Positions 38,503-51,401 of a stretch of 57,713 bases of DNA are shown one piece after another. Position numbers and translations under genes: made by a program. Position 1 is the stretch's first letter. Each line of letters begins with the position of its first letter. The notes below the pieces were generated by a model, which saw only the letters and a list, made by a program, of their open reading frames with translations, was not told the origin of the DNA and ran no database searches. This stretch comes from Candidatus Omnitrophota bacterium (GTDB lineage Bacteria; Omnitrophota; Gorgyraeia; 2-02-FULL-51-18): positions 1 to 57,713 of the forward strand of contig JACPWF010000032.1 of the NCBI GenBank assembly GCA_016197155.1, read 5' to 3'.

Positions 38503-39477
38503 ATGAAAAAAGGTTTAAGGCAGAGCATTCAGAAAACCGTTTCGGCGATCGAAAAGGCCGAGCGCATTTTGGTCGCTTCGCACGTGAATCCCGACGGCGA
38601 TACGCTGGGCTGTCTTTTGGCTTTGGGCCTGGCCCTCCTTCGAATGGAAAAAAAAGTGACGCTCGTCTGCCAGGACGGGATCCCGTCGCGGTTTCAATTT
38701 CTGCCGGGCAGTGAGCTCATCGTCTCCGGCACCTCGGAGCGGGCCGACGTGGCGATCGCCGTCGACTGCGGCAGTGTCCGCCAACTCGGCAAAAAAGTCG
38801 CGCCCATTTTTTTTAAGGCCAAGACCACCGTGCAGGTCGATCACCACGATTTCGGCCAGGCCTTCGGGAAAATTCAGGTTTTGGAGGACGAGGCCTCCGC
38901 GGTGGGCGAGATCGTGTATGAACTCATCCAGGCGATCGGCGTCGAGGTGACGCCCGCGATCGCGGTTTGTCTTTTGACGTCGATCGTGATCGACACGGGA
39001 TCCTTTCGTTTCTCGAATATCCGCGCGAAGACCTTTGACATTTGCAGCCGGCTCGTGAAAACCGGCGTGGACCTCCGGCATCTGATTGAGGAATCTTACT
39101 GGATCAAAAGCCGCTCGGCCGTCAAACTTTCCAGCTACGGGCTTTTGAACGCGGATTATTCGCGGAGCGGGGAAATCGCGTGGACGGTTTTGCGCAAAAA
39201 AGATTTTGTCCGGTATCTGGCAAAAACCTCGGATGCCGATTCGGTCGCCGACGACCTCCGGCTGGTCGAAGGGGTGAAGATCGCCGCGGTGTTCCGGGAA
39301 ATGGAGAACGGGAAATGGCGCGTGAGCCTGCGTTCGCGGCACGGGATCAACACCGGGAACGTCGCGCGGCTGTTCGGCGGCGGCGGGCATCACAATTCGG
39401 CCGGATGCATCATCGGGAAGTCGGAAAGGGAAAAAAGAAAGCTCCTGGACGAGCTGGAGAAATTGGTGAACGTTTGA
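38503..39477 (+). CDS. nrnA: DHH/DHHA1 oligoribonuclease / PAP phosphatase
   Basis: HVNPDGD, VDC, DHH, DTGSF, SLRS, GGGGH. Confidence 0.93.
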   Translation: MKKGLRQSIQKTVSAIEKAERILVASHVNPDGDTLGCLLALGLALLRMEKKVTLVCQDGIPSRFQFLPGSELIVSGTSERADVAIAVDCGSVRQLGKKVAPIFFKAKTTVQVDHHDFGQAFGKIQVLEDEASAVGEIVYELIQAIGVEVTPAIAVCLLTSIVIDTGSFRFSNIRAKTFDICSRLVKTGVDLRHLIEESYWIKSRSAVKLSSYGLLNADYSRSGEIAWTVLRKKDFVRYLAKTSDADSVADDLRLVEGVKIAAVFREMENGKWRVSLRSRHGINTGNVARLFGGGGHHNSAGCIIGKSEREKRKLLDELEKLVNV

Positions 39478-40697
39478 AATATGTTTTAGTCATCCCCGAC
39501 GGGATGGGGGACAAGCCTCTGGCGAGTCTCGGCGGAAAAACGCCGCTGGAGGCCGCGCGCACGCCGAACATGGATTTTTTCGCCGCCCACGGGGTCGTGG
39601 GCCTGAGCCAGAATATTCCCGATGGGTTCACGCCGGGGACGGACATCGGCTGTATGAGCGTTTTTGGATACGACCCCAAGATTTATTTTACCGGCCGCGG
39701 GCCGCTGGAGGCGGCGGAGCTGGGGATCGCGCTCGAAAAGGATGACCTGGCCTTTCGCTGTAATCTCGTCACGGCCGAGGGCGGGGTGTTAAAAGATTTT
39801 AGCGCGGGCCACGTGAGCGTGGCCGAGGCCAGGATTTTGATCGAGGTCTTGGGTGAGAGGCTAAGGGAAAAACACGGTGAGCGCTTCCGGTTTTATCCGG
39901 GCGGGGGAACGGGCTACCGGAATCTTTTTATTTATCACAAGGCCGATCCGGGAATGGCGCGGATCGTTTCGACGCCGCCGCACGACATCATGGGCCGCGC
40001 GTACCGGGATTATCTGCCAAAGGGAAAAGGCACGGATTTTTTGGCGGCGCTCATGACGGAATCGCGGGAGATCCTGGAAAATCATCCGGTGAACGAAAAG
40101 CGCGCCGAGAACGGAAAAGCCCGCGCGAACCTGATCTGGCTTTGGGGACAGGGTGTGCCGCCGCATTTTCCGTCTTATCACAAGCGATTCGGATTTCAGG
40201 GGGCGGTGATCACGGCGGTGGATCTTTTGAAGGGCATCGCGATTCACGCGGGGCTCGACGTGATCGCGGTGCCGGGTGTCACCGGTTATTTTGACACCAA
40301 TTACACCGGAAAGGCCGAATACGCGGTGAATGTCCTTCGCAGCCGCGATTTTGTCGCGGTGCATGTCGAGTCCACGGACGAGGCCGGGCACATGGGCGAC
40401 GCGGCGCTCAAGATCAGAGCGATCGAGGATGTGGACCGCTGGGTTTTGGGAACGTTGAGAGAAAAATTGAAAGAATTTGAAGCGTTCAAGATCCTCATTC
40501 TTCCCGATCATTACACGTGCGTCGAGACGCGCACGCATTCGCCAGACCCGGTGCCGTTTTTAATCTATTCGAGCCGGGAAGAAAAAAGGGGCCCGCGGAA
40601 ATTTTGCGAGAAAACGGCCGCGGAGTCAAAAATTTTTGTGAAAGAAGGTCACACGCTCATGAACCTTTTTGTGAAAGGCGGGGTTTTGCCTTCATGA
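39474..40697 (+). CDS. apgM: Cofactor-independent phosphoglycerate mutase (ApgM type)
   Basis: TTG start overlaps the upstream TGA; PDGMGD, TPLEAA.TPNMD, GRGPLEAA, PPHD, DEAGH, PDH, THS. Confidence 0.9.
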   Translation: MKYVLVIPDGMGDKPLASLGGKTPLEAARTPNMDFFAAHGVVGLSQNIPDGFTPGTDIGCMSVFGYDPKIYFTGRGPLEAAELGIALEKDDLAFRCNLVTAEGGVLKDFSAGHVSVAEARILIEVLGERLREKHGERFRFYPGGGTGYRNLFIYHKADPGMARIVSTPPHDIMGRAYRDYLPKGKGTDFLAALMTESREILENHPVNEKRAENGKARANLIWLWGQGVPPHFPSYHKRFGFQGAVITAVDLLKGIAIHAGLDVIAVPGVTGYFDTNYTGKAEYAVNVLRSRDFVAVHVESTDEAGHMGDAALKIRAIEDVDRWVLGTLREKLKEFEAFKILILPDHYTCVETRTHSPDPVPFLIYSSREEKRGPRKFCEKTAAESKIFVKEGHTLMNLFVKGGVLPS

Positions 40698-41824
40698 AAA
40701 CACAGGTCCTGGTGATCGGCGGCGGATTCGCGGGCCTGTCGACCGCGCTTCGTCTGGCTGAAAGAGGAATGAAGGACGTGGTCGTCATCGAGCAGGAAAA
40801 AGCGCTCGGCGGCCACGCCTCGGGACGCAATGCCGGCATGATCCGGCAGTCGGTGGCGGACCCTTTTTTGGCGGCGCTCGCGCGGGAGGGCAGGGATTTA
40901 TTGAAGAGGCGGAAATTTTTTATTGAAAGCGGCTCGCTTCTTTTGGCCAAAGGCCGGTCGGGAGCGGAGCTGGATCAGATTGAACAGGCCATGAAAGAAG
41001 CCGGCGTGAAATCAAAACGTCTGCCCTGTCAACGGGCGGTTTCCCGTGTGCCGCTTCTTGAGGGAGCCGATTTTGAGGAGGCGCTTTTCACGCCCACGGA
41101 CGGTCTTGTGGACATTGAGGCGCTTTTGAAATATTTATTGTCGCGCCTCAAACATTTTCAAATACCCGTTATTTGCGGAAGCGGCGTCACGGGTATCGGA
41201 AAAGAAGGAAATGTTTTTGAGGTGCGCACGGGAAAGCGCATCCTTTTCTGTGAAAAACTCGTCAATGCGGCCGGCGCTTGGGCGGGGATTTTGGGCGACA
41301 AAGCGGGCGCGTTTCAGGTTTCTTTTAAGGCTTATAGGCGTCATCTTTTTTTGAGCCGTCCTCTTCGCGGCGTCAAGCGCGACTGGCCGTTTGTTTGGGA
41401 CCTGTCTCATCAGTTGTATTTTCGTCCCGTGAAAGGATCGCTTCTTTTGAGCCCCTGTGACAAGGCTCTGTTCTCTCTCGAGGCCAATCAGGCAAAAATT
41501 CCGGGAGAAAAAACGGACCCTCAAATACGCGAAGAATTGAATTTAAAATTGAAAAATTTCTTTCCCGATTTCAAAAAAGTGAAGCTGGTCTCGGTGAAAG
41601 CAGGTTTGAGAACCATGGTGCGGGACGGGCGTTTTGTGGTGGGAGAAGATAAGACCTTGAAGGGATTTTTTTGGGTGGCAGGCCTCGGCGGACACGGTGT
41701 GACGACCTGCCTGTCGGTGGGGGAATTGGCGGCGCGGTTTATTTTGGGCAAAAAAGTGGACGGCGCTTTGAAAGAGGCGTTTTCACCCGGCCGGTTTAAG
41801 GAGGAATATGCTCCCGCTTGTTGA
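40694..41824 (+). CDS. FAD-dependent oxidoreductase (DAO/glycine oxidase family)
   Basis: VIGGGFAG, ASGRNAG, VNAAGAWA, GLGGHG. Confidence 0.92.
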   Translation: MKTQVLVIGGGFAGLSTALRLAERGMKDVVVIEQEKALGGHASGRNAGMIRQSVADPFLAALAREGRDLLKRRKFFIESGSLLLAKGRSGAELDQIEQAMKEAGVKSKRLPCQRAVSRVPLLEGADFEEALFTPTDGLVDIEALLKYLLSRLKHFQIPVICGSGVTGIGKEGNVFEVRTGKRILFCEKLVNAAGAWAGILGDKAGAFQVSFKAYRRHLFLSRPLRGVKRDWPFVWDLSHQLYFRPVKGSLLLSPCDKALFSLEANQAKIPGEKTDPQIREELNLKLKNFFPDFKKVKLVSVKAGLRTMVRDGRFVVGEDKTLKGFFWVAGLGGHGVTTCLSVGELAARFILGKKVDGALKEAFSPGRFKEEYAPAC

Positions 41825-42608
41825 TTATCACATGCACACGCCGCTCTGCGGCCACGCGACCGGAGAGCCGCACGAATACGTCGAGCAGGCGATGAAAGTG
41901 GGGCTTTCGGAGATCGGTTTTTCGGACCACGCGCCGCTGGTGTCTCACGAGGACGCGCGCTACACCATGAAGCGCTCCGAACTGCCCGCTTATCACCGGA
42001 TGATCGAGGAGGTTCAGGCGCGCTACAAAAATTTTTCGATCAAACTGGGGCTCGAGGCCGATTTTATCCCGGGTTATGAGGAAAAAACCCGCGAGATCTT
42101 GTCGGGCTACCCTTACGACTTCGTGATCGGCTCGGTGCACTTCATTGACAATTGGGCTTTCGACGACCCCGATCAGAAAATCAAGTGGAAGGACAAAGAC
42201 GTCGACCGGGTCTACCGCGACTATTATGACCTCCTGAGACGCTCGGCGGCCTCGGGGCTTTTTGACATCATGGGCCACGTGGACCTGGTGAAAAAATTTG
42301 GCCACCGGCCGGTTTCCAATCTGCGGGACGAGGTGGAAAAAACGGCGAGGGTATTCAAAGACTCGAATGTGACGGTCGAGATCAACACATCGGGCTTACG
42401 GAAACCCGTCGGAGAGATTTATCCGTCGCTGGCAATCCTAGAAATTTATCAAAAGGCCGGCGTGCCGATCACGTTTTCATCCGACTCCCATGACCCGCTC
42501 GACGTCGGACGCGATTACGACAAGGCCGCCGCGCTGGCCGAAGCTGCGGGCTACACGGAGTACTCGGTTTTCAGAAAAAGGAAAGTCGAAAAAAGGATGC
42601 GTTTATGA
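41808..42608 (+). CDS. PHP-family histidinol-phosphatase (HisJ/HisK)
   Basis: DYHMHT.LCGHA, SDH, GSVH, GHVDL, EINTSG, SDSH. Confidence 0.92.
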   Translation: MLPLVDYHMHTPLCGHATGEPHEYVEQAMKVGLSEIGFSDHAPLVSHEDARYTMKRSELPAYHRMIEEVQARYKNFSIKLGLEADFIPGYEEKTREILSGYPYDFVIGSVHFIDNWAFDDPDQKIKWKDKDVDRVYRDYYDLLRRSAASGLFDIMGHVDLVKKFGHRPVSNLRDEVEKTARVFKDSNVTVEINTSGLRKPVGEIYPSLAILEIYQKAGVPITFSSDSHDPLDVGRDYDKAAALAEAAGYTEYSVFRKRKVEKRMRL

Positions 42609-43003
42609 TAAAAATCAGGGGCGTCGACCACGCGGCGCTGAGCGTCAAAGATCTCGATCGCTCGCTCAAATTTTACACGGAGGTTTTGGGTTTAAAAATC
42701 ACGGAGCGGGAATATTCCAGGCCCGGCGTTGAATATTTTTTGGACTGCGGCACGTCTCTCATCGGACTGATTCAGGGAGAGCCCGGGGGTGAGAGGCATT
42801 TTTTGCAGGACGGCGGCCTGGGCGGCAATCACGTGGCCTTTCGCGTGGACACCAAGGATTTTGACAAGGTCGTCGAAGAAATAAAAGCGAGGAATATTCC
42901 GATAAGCTTTTTTAAAAAAAGGGAAAAATCCTGGTCGCTTTATTTTTTGGATCCGGACGGAAATAAACTGGAGATCACGGCATGGCCGCTGGAAGAACAG
43001 TAG
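42605..43003 (+). CDS. VOC/glyoxalase family protein
   Basis: DHAAL.V.DL, FYTEVLG, HVAF, YFLDPDGNKLE. Confidence 0.93.
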   Translation: MIKIRGVDHAALSVKDLDRSLKFYTEVLGLKITEREYSRPGVEYFLDCGTSLIGLIQGEPGGERHFLQDGGLGGNHVAFRVDTKDFDKVVEEIKARNIPISFFKKREKSWSLYFLDPDGNKLEITAWPLEEQ

Positions 43004-43043
43004 TCAGCGGAAAGAGGGCAGGTATCAGGAAAAGGAGAAAAAT

Positions 43044-43505
43044 ATGTTGAAAGAAGGGGACAAGGCGCCGGAGTTTACGTTGCCGTCGTCGGGCGGCGGG
43101 GATATTTCGCTGAAAGATTTTAAGGGCAAAGAGCGTGTGGTGCTTTATTTTTATCCGAAGGACGACACGCCGGGGTGCACGGTCGAGGCCTGCGGCTTTC
43201 GTGACGGCATCAAAAAAATAGAATCTCTCGATGCCGTGGTGCTGGGAGTAAGCCCGGATGACACCAAATCGCATGGCAAATTCATCGAAAAATTCAAATT
43301 GCCGTTCATTTTACTGAGCGACACGGATAAAAAAGTCTGTGAAGCTTACGGCGTGTGGGTGAAAAAGAGCCTGTACGGAAAAGAGTACATGGGCGTGGCG
43401 CGCACGACGTTCATCATCGGCAAGGACGGCCGGATCGAAAAAATTTACGAAAAAGTGAAACCGGAAGCGCACCTCGCGGAGGTTTTGGAATTTTTGAAAA
43501 AATAA
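43044..43505 (+). CDS. bcp: Peroxiredoxin Bcp
   Basis: YFYPKDDTPGCTVEAC. Confidence 0.96.
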   Translation: MLKEGDKAPEFTLPSSGGGDISLKDFKGKERVVLYFYPKDDTPGCTVEACGFRDGIKKIESLDAVVLGVSPDDTKSHGKFIEKFKLPFILLSDTDKKVCEAYGVWVKKSLYGKEYMGVARTTFIIGKDGRIEKIYEKVKPEAHLAEVLEFLKK

Positions 43506-43507
43506 CG

Positions 43508-43843
43508 ATGCCGAAAGTTTATTTTGCGGATAAAAATCTCGCGGTCGAGGCGGATCACGGCGAGTCGATCCTGGATGTCGCCCTGCGAAGCGACATTCCC
43601 ATGTACCACACCTGCGGAGGGAATGCCTCCTGCAGCACCTGCCGCGTGCTCGTCCGAAAGGGAGCGGAGAATCTTTCCGCGATAGAATCCGCCGAGTCGC
43701 AGATTTTGGACGCGTTTGATCTGACATCCCCTCATCGCCTGGGCTGCCAGGCGCAAATTTTAAGAGGGGACGTGGAGATCGAGATCCCCGAACACGCCAA
43801 GCCCTGCCGTCCGAGTAAAATTCTTCCTCTCCCGAAAGGATAA
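43508..43843 (+). CDS. 2Fe-2S ferredoxin
   Basis: CGGNASCSTC...RLGCQ; ATG at 43508. Confidence 0.92.
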   Translation: MPKVYFADKNLAVEADHGESILDVALRSDIPMYHTCGGNASCSTCRVLVRKGAENLSAIESAESQILDAFDLTSPHRLGCQAQILRGDVEIEIPEHAKPCRPSKILPLPKG

Positions 43844-43846
43844 ACC

Positions 43847-46290
<2,444 letters not shown>

Positions 46291-46321
46291 CTATCGTTTA
46301 AAATTATTGTTAAATAGGGCC

Positions 46322-48043
46322 ATGCCCATCGAATGCAACCTCTGCGGTTCGCGGCGTTATTATTCCGTCTACAAAAAACCGCGCGCGGCTGTCTTATCCG
46401 CCGTTTCTCCCGCCTACGCCATTTCTGAAAGCCATTTGGAAAAGCCCGACAAGATCGTGCGCTGTGCCGCGTGCGGCCTGGTGTACGCGATCCCTTCTTC
46501 GATGCGCGAAATCGTCCGGGACTACGCCGAGATGGCGGATCCGGAATATTTAAAAGAAGAAAAGGGCCGCCGCGCTCAGGGACGCGTCGTTTTAAAACGC
46601 ATTTCCCGTTTCAAAAGGACGGGAAAAATTCTCGACATCGGCTGCGGGCCGGGATTTCTTCTGGATGAGGCCAAAAATCAGGGCTGGGAGACCGCGGGCG
46701 TCGACCTGTCCGCGTGGGCCAAGGCCCACAGCCGCGACCATTTTGGCATCGACGTTTTTCAGGGCTCTTTGGAAGAGGCCCGTTTTCCGGACCGGACGTT
46801 TGACGCGGTCGTGATGATGGACGTGATCGAACATCTCGAGGATCCCAAGCGCGTTTTGAAAGAGATCCGCCGGATCTTAAAAAATGACGGGGTCCTGTAC
46901 GTCAGCACGCCCGACATTCAAAGCTTCTTAAGCCGCGCCCTTCGCGCGCGGTGGTGGGGGATCAACAAGTACCACCTTTTTTATTTTTCCAAAAAAACCC
47001 TCGAGAGGCTCTTCACGGCCGTGGGTTTTAAAAAGCTCCGCTACGCGTCGTATCCCCGGATTTTTACGCTCCGCTACTGGGCCAGGCGCCTCGAGGCGTA
47101 CCCGGCGTTCATCCACAGACCGGTGGCGGCTCTCGCCGGCCTCGGCAATTGCGGAGAGCGTCTTTTAAAAATCGTTCTGCACGACCAGATCGATGTGGTG
47201 GCGCGGAAGATCACGAGGCTTGATTCGCTCGAGACCGGCGAAGAGACAAAAGAGGGATCGTCCCTCAAAAAACAAAAGGTGACGGCGGTCCTGCCCGCCT
47301 ACAATGCCGAGAAAACGCTCGAGCGGACCGTCGCGGATATTCCGCGCGACGTTGTGGACGAAATCATTTTGGTCGACGACAAATCAAAGGACCGCACCGT
47401 CGCGATCGCGAAGCGGCTGAATCTCGTCGTTTTTCAACACGAAAAAAATAAAGGCTACGGCGCCAACCAAAAAACCTGCTATCGCCGCGCGATCGAGCGG
47501 GGAGCGGACGTCGTCGTGATGGTCCACCCGGATTATCAGTACGATCCGAAGATCATTCCCCAGCTCATCGAGCCGATCCTCCGCGGCGAGGCCGACGCGG
47601 TTTTCGGTTCGCGCATGATGAAAGGCGGGGCGCTTGAAGGCGGCATGCCGATGTGGAAGCACAACGCGAACATTCTTTTGACCGCGTTTGAGAACGTCAT
47701 GCTCGGCACCTATCTCACCGAATACCACTCGGGTTTTCGCGCCTACCGCACGCGGATGCTTTGCGGCATCGCCTACGAAAAAAATTCGGACGGATTTTTG
47801 TTTGACACCGAGATCATCGTCCAGATTCTCGCCAACCATTACAAGATCGATGAAGTTCCCATCCGCACGCGCTATTTCGAGGAGGCCTCTTCGATCAAAC
47901 TGTGGCCGAGCCTCCTGTACGGTCTGGGGATTTTAAAGGAAATGTTCGCCTACGTTCTTTACTCGAAGGGAATTTTAAAAAGGAAGAAACTCGAACCGGT
48001 TACTTTGAAGGATTCTTCGAGCCGGTATAAAGGTACTCGATGA
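46322..48043 (+). CDS. Fusion: class I SAM methyltransferase (N-terminal Cys cluster) plus DPM-synthase-like GT2
   Basis: CNLC...CAAC; LDIGCGPG; DVIEHL; then PAYNAEKT, VDD.S.D, HPDYQY, GSR. Confidence 0.9.
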   Translation: MPIECNLCGSRRYYSVYKKPRAAVLSAVSPAYAISESHLEKPDKIVRCAACGLVYAIPSSMREIVRDYAEMADPEYLKEEKGRRAQGRVVLKRISRFKRTGKILDIGCGPGFLLDEAKNQGWETAGVDLSAWAKAHSRDHFGIDVFQGSLEEARFPDRTFDAVVMMDVIEHLEDPKRVLKEIRRILKNDGVLYVSTPDIQSFLSRALRARWWGINKYHLFYFSKKTLERLFTAVGFKKLRYASYPRIFTLRYWARRLEAYPAFIHRPVAALAGLGNCGERLLKIVLHDQIDVVARKITRLDSLETGEETKEGSSLKKQKVTAVLPAYNAEKTLERTVADIPRDVVDEIILVDDKSKDRTVAIAKRLNLVVFQHEKNKGYGANQKTCYRRAIERGADVVVMVHPDYQYDPKIIPQLIEPILRGEADAVFGSRMMKGGALEGGMPMWKHNANILLTAFENVMLGTYLTEYHSGFRAYRTRMLCGIAYEKNSDGFLFDTEIIVQILANHYKIDEVPIRTRYFEEASSIKLWPSLLYGLGILKEMFAYVLYSKGILKRKKLEPVTLKDSSSRYKGTR

Positions 48044-48539
48044 TGTCGCGCGTGGAAACGACGCCGATCGGAATGCCGTTATCGAGAACGGGCACGTGAC
48101 GGAATTTCCCGATCGACATCTTGTGGAGCGCGTAGGCCAGCGGCGCGTCTTTGTCGAGGCACTCGGGATTCGGCGTCATGATGTTTTTCACGGGGTGCTT
48201 CGACAGGTCTTTCACGATGCCCGCCACTTTCAGCAAAATGTCGCGAAGGCTTAAAATCCCCAACAATTTTTTGTTTGAACCGCAGACAAGCACGCACCCC
48301 TTCATCGGGAAGGCGTGCATTTTATCGATCACTTCCTGAAGGGAAGTCTCCGGGCTCACGAGGATCGGCGGCACCTTGGAAATAAAATCCGCCACGCGCT
48401 CGGTCATGATTTTTTTCTGAAGTTTTTCCTTTGTCGGCTGGGGGATGTCCTTCTGCGTGAAGGAGTGAAGGCATTTTTCGCAAGCATCGCTGCCGAGGAT
48501 ATTTTCGTGACCGCAATAGGGGCATTTGATTTTAGCCAT
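48000..48539 (-). CDS. Zinc-ribbon plus CBS-pair protein
   Basis: CPYC...CEKC; two CBS repeats (MTPNP, FRHVPV). Confidence 0.88.
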   Translation of the reverse strand: MAKIKCPYCGHENILGSDACEKCLHSFTQKDIPQPTKEKLQKKIMTERVADFISKVPPILVSPETSLQEVIDKMHAFPMKGCVLVCGSNKKLLGILSLRDILLKVAGIVKDLSKHPVKNIMTPNPECLDKDAPLAYALHKMSIGKFRHVPVLDNGIPIGVVSTRDIIEYLYTGSKNPSK

Positions 48540-48546
48540 AACCCTC

Positions 48547-49575
48547 CTAACCTTTTTTAGCGACTGTCCACACGTCCTCGGTGTAAAGAACGTCCCTTAA
48601 ATTCCCCGTGCCTTTTTTTTCCCGCGCCCATTTGGCTTGCTCGTCCAGCATGCCGTCGTAGGTCGGTTTTTCGATCGCGCGGAAAACCCCGAACGGCACT
48701 GGCATCCGGGGGTATTCCATCTGCGTCAAAAGATACGCGTAGGCGGGCGAGGGGTCGCTCTCGTTGTGAATGAGAAGGCTTTCCTTTTTGGCCGCGGCCA
48801 GGTCGGTTTCCCCAAGGTCCAGCCCATTCATCACGATGGCCTTTGTCCCGCCTTTTCCGAAAACGAGCGGCTTGCCGTTTTCGAGATAAATCGCGCGGTC
48901 GTCGCGGTTTTCGCGGCCGGTGACCGGGACGAACGCGTCTTTATTGAAGATGATGCAGTTCTGATAGATCTCGACGAACGCCGAGCCTTTGTGTTTGTAG
49001 GCGCGCGAAAGGATCTGGCCCATGTGCCGCGGGTCCGAGTCGACGGTGCGCGCGACGAACGACGCCTCCGCCGCGATCGCCACGCAGAGCGGGTGAATGG
49101 GGTAGTCGATCGTGCCGTAGGGCGAGGATTTGGTGACCTTTCCTTTTTCGGACGTGGGCGAATACTGGCCTTTGGTGAGCCCGTAGATTTGGTTATTCAC
49201 GAGAATGATTTTCAAATCCACGTTCCGCCGCAGGCAATGGATCAAATGATTTCCCCCGATCGAAAGCCCGTCGCCGTCGCCCGTCACGACCCACACGGTG
49301 AGCTCGGGCCGCGCGCATTTGAGGCCCGTCGCGATGGCCGGCGCGCGTCCGTGGATTGTGTGAAAACCGTACGTGTTCATGTAGTAGGGAAAGCGGCTCG
49401 AACAGCCGATGCCCGAAACAAAAACGTGATTTTCCCGCGCGGTGGCCGTGACGTCGGCGAGGGTTTTTTGCATCACCGACAAGATGGCGTAGTCCCCGCA
49501 ACCGGGGCACCAGCGGACATCGGCTCCGGAAATGAAATCTTCTTTGGAATAATGAAGCGCCTCCGTCGCGGTCAT
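48547..49575 (-). CDS. korB: 2-oxoacid:ferredoxin oxidoreductase beta subunit
   Basis: WCPGCGD, SGIGCSSR, HGRA, GDGD, NN.IYGLTKGQ.SPT. Confidence 0.95.
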   Translation of the reverse strand: MTATEALHYSKEDFISGADVRWCPGCGDYAILSVMQKTLADVTATARENHVFVSGIGCSSRFPYYMNTYGFHTIHGRAPAIATGLKCARPELTVWVVTGDGDGLSIGGNHLIHCLRRNVDLKIILVNNQIYGLTKGQYSPTSEKGKVTKSSPYGTIDYPIHPLCVAIAAEASFVARTVDSDPRHMGQILSRAYKHKGSAFVEIYQNCIIFNKDAFVPVTGRENRDDRAIYLENGKPLVFGKGGTKAIVMNGLDLGETDLAAAKKESLLIHNESDPSPAYAYLLTQMEYPRMPVPFGVFRAIEKPTYDGMLDEQAKWAREKKGTGNLRDVLYTEDVWTVAKKG

Positions 49576-51401
49576 AGGTGTTTTTCGATCACTTCTTTAA
49601 TTTCACGGATTTTGAAAGGCTGTCCCGTCACCCGATTGTAGCCCGCCGCGTGAACGCCCTCAAACTCGGCCCGCACGAGAAAGAGGAGGTTGCCCATGTT
49701 GATCTCGGGAATGAGGATGGTCTCAAAACTTTTTAAAATCGCTCCCAGATTTTTAGGGAACGGGTTCAAATAATTCAGATGGCACGCGGAAACTTTTTTG
49801 CCTTCTTTTTGGAGTTCGTCGACCGCCGCGCGGATCGTGCCGTAGGTGCCGCCCCAGCCGAGCACGAGAAGCTTTCCTTTTTTTTCGCCGAAGACCTCGG
49901 CGGGTGGAATGGTCTCGGCGATCCGCCTGATTTTTTCGCGGCGCAGGACCGTCATCCGGTGGTGATTTTCGGGGTCGTAGCTCACCCCTCCCGTGCGGTC
50001 GGCCTTTTCGATGCCGCCGATCCGGTGCTCGAGACCAGGCGTGCCCGGGACGGCCCACGGGCGGGCGAGTGTTTTCTCGTCGCGCACGAACGGCAAAAAG
50101 GGGCCGTCGCTGGTTTTGGGATGCTCGATTTTTATTTTGGGGAGCTTGTCCATCTCCGGCAGTTTCCACGGTTCCGCGCCATTGGCCAGATACCCGTCCG
50201 ACAGGAAAAATACCGGGGTCATGTATTGGGTCGCCAGGCGCACGGCCTCGATGATGAAATCAAAACAGTTGGCCGGCGTCGAAGGGGCCAGGATTGCCAC
50301 CGGCGAATCGCCGTTTCGCCCGAACATCGCCTGCAAGAGATCGGCCTGTTCGGTTTTGGTGGGCAGGCCCGTCGACGGGCCTCCGCGCTGAACGTCCAAA
50401 ATCACCAGCGGCAATTCCGCCATCACGGCGAGGTTGATCATTTCCGATTTGAGGCAGACGCCGGGCCCGCTCGTGGCCGTGACGCCGATCTGGCCGCCGA
50501 AGGAAGCGCCGAGCGCGGCCCCGCAGGCGGCGATTTCGTCCTCGGCCTGGAACGTTTTGACCTTAAAATTTTTGTGCCGCGAAAGCTCATGCAAGATATC
50601 ACTCGCCGGCGTGATGGGGTAGCTCCCGTACAGCACGGTTTTTCCGGTGAGTTCGGAGGCCGCGAGGATCCCGAGCGCCGTCGCCTCATTGCCCGTGATT
50701 TTCCGGTACGTGCCGGGTGAAATATCCGCTTTTTTCACGACGTAACGCGAGGGGATGGTCTCGGTGATGTCGCCGTAATGGTACCCGGCCTTTAGCGCCA
50801 TCAAATTCGCCTCGGCGACTTCCGGTTTTTTGGCGAATTTTTCGTTCACCCATTGAACGGTGTGATCCAAACTCCGCCCGTACATCCAGAACATCAGCCC
50901 CAGCGCGAAAAAGTTTTTACAACGATCCACCTCGGAATACTTGATCTTGGAGCCGGTGAGGGCGTTTCGCGTGAGCGAGGAAAGCGGGACCTGGAGGACG
51001 GAATAATCTTTGAGCGAACTGTCCGCGAGAGGATTCGATTTCCATCCGGCTTTTTTCAGATTGTCGTCACTGAAGGAATCGGAATTGAGGACTAAAAGCC
51101 CGCCTTTGACGAGGTCGTTAAGATTCACCTTTAGCGCCGCGGGATTCATCACGACGAGCACGTCGGGCGCGTCGCCGGCGGTGTAGATGTCGTTTTTGCT
51201 GAATTGGATCTGGAAACTGCTCACTCCCGGGAGCGTGCCCTGGGGCGCGCGAATCTCCGCCGGAAAATCAGGGAGTGTCGCGATGTCGTTGCCCATGAGC
51301 GCGGAGGTGTCGGTGAATTGGTCGCCCGTGAGCTGCATGCCGTCGCCGGAATCCCCGGCGAAGCGAATGGTTACCGCATCAACTTCTTTTTCTTTTCTCA
51401 T
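49572..51401 (-). CDS. korA: 2-oxoacid:ferredoxin oxidoreductase alpha subunit
   Basis: AGDSGDGMQ, PAEIRAP, YPITPAS, QAEDEIA, RGGPSTGLPT. Confidence 0.95.
   Translation of the reverse strand: MRKEKEVDAVTIRFAGDSGDGMQLTGDQFTDTSALMGNDIATLPDFPAEIRAPQGTLPGVSSFQIQFSKNDIYTAGDAPDVLVVMNPAALKVNLNDLVKGGLLVLNSDSFSDDNLKKAGWKSNPLADSSLKDYSVLQVPLSSLTRNALTGSKIKYSEVDRCKNFFALGLMFWMYGRSLDHTVQWVNEKFAKKPEVAEANLMALKAGYHYGDITETIPSRYVVKKADISPGTYRKITGNEATALGILAASELTGKTVLYGSYPITPASDILHELSRHKNFKVKTFQAEDEIAACGAALGASFGGQIGVTATSGPGVCLKSEMINLAVMAELPLVILDVQRGGPSTGLPTKTEQADLLQAMFGRNGDSPVAILAPSTPANCFDFIIEAVRLATQYMTPVFFLSDGYLANGAEPWKLPEMDKLPKIKIEHPKTSDGPFLPFVRDEKTLARPWAVPGTPGLEHRIGGIEKADRTGGVSYDPENHHRMTVLRREKIRRIAETIPPAEVFGEKKGKLLVLGWGGTYGTIRAAVDELQKEGKKVSACHLNYLNPFPKNLGAILKSFETILIPEINMGNLLFLVRAEFEGVHAAGYNRVTGQPFKIREIKEVIEKHL

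Noticed and set aside
33251-43507. Extended ORF-track starts (33251, 36165, 38452, 39180, 40517, 43355)
   Set aside because: They overlap upstream genes; homology begins at later starts that have an RBS or are translationally coupled.
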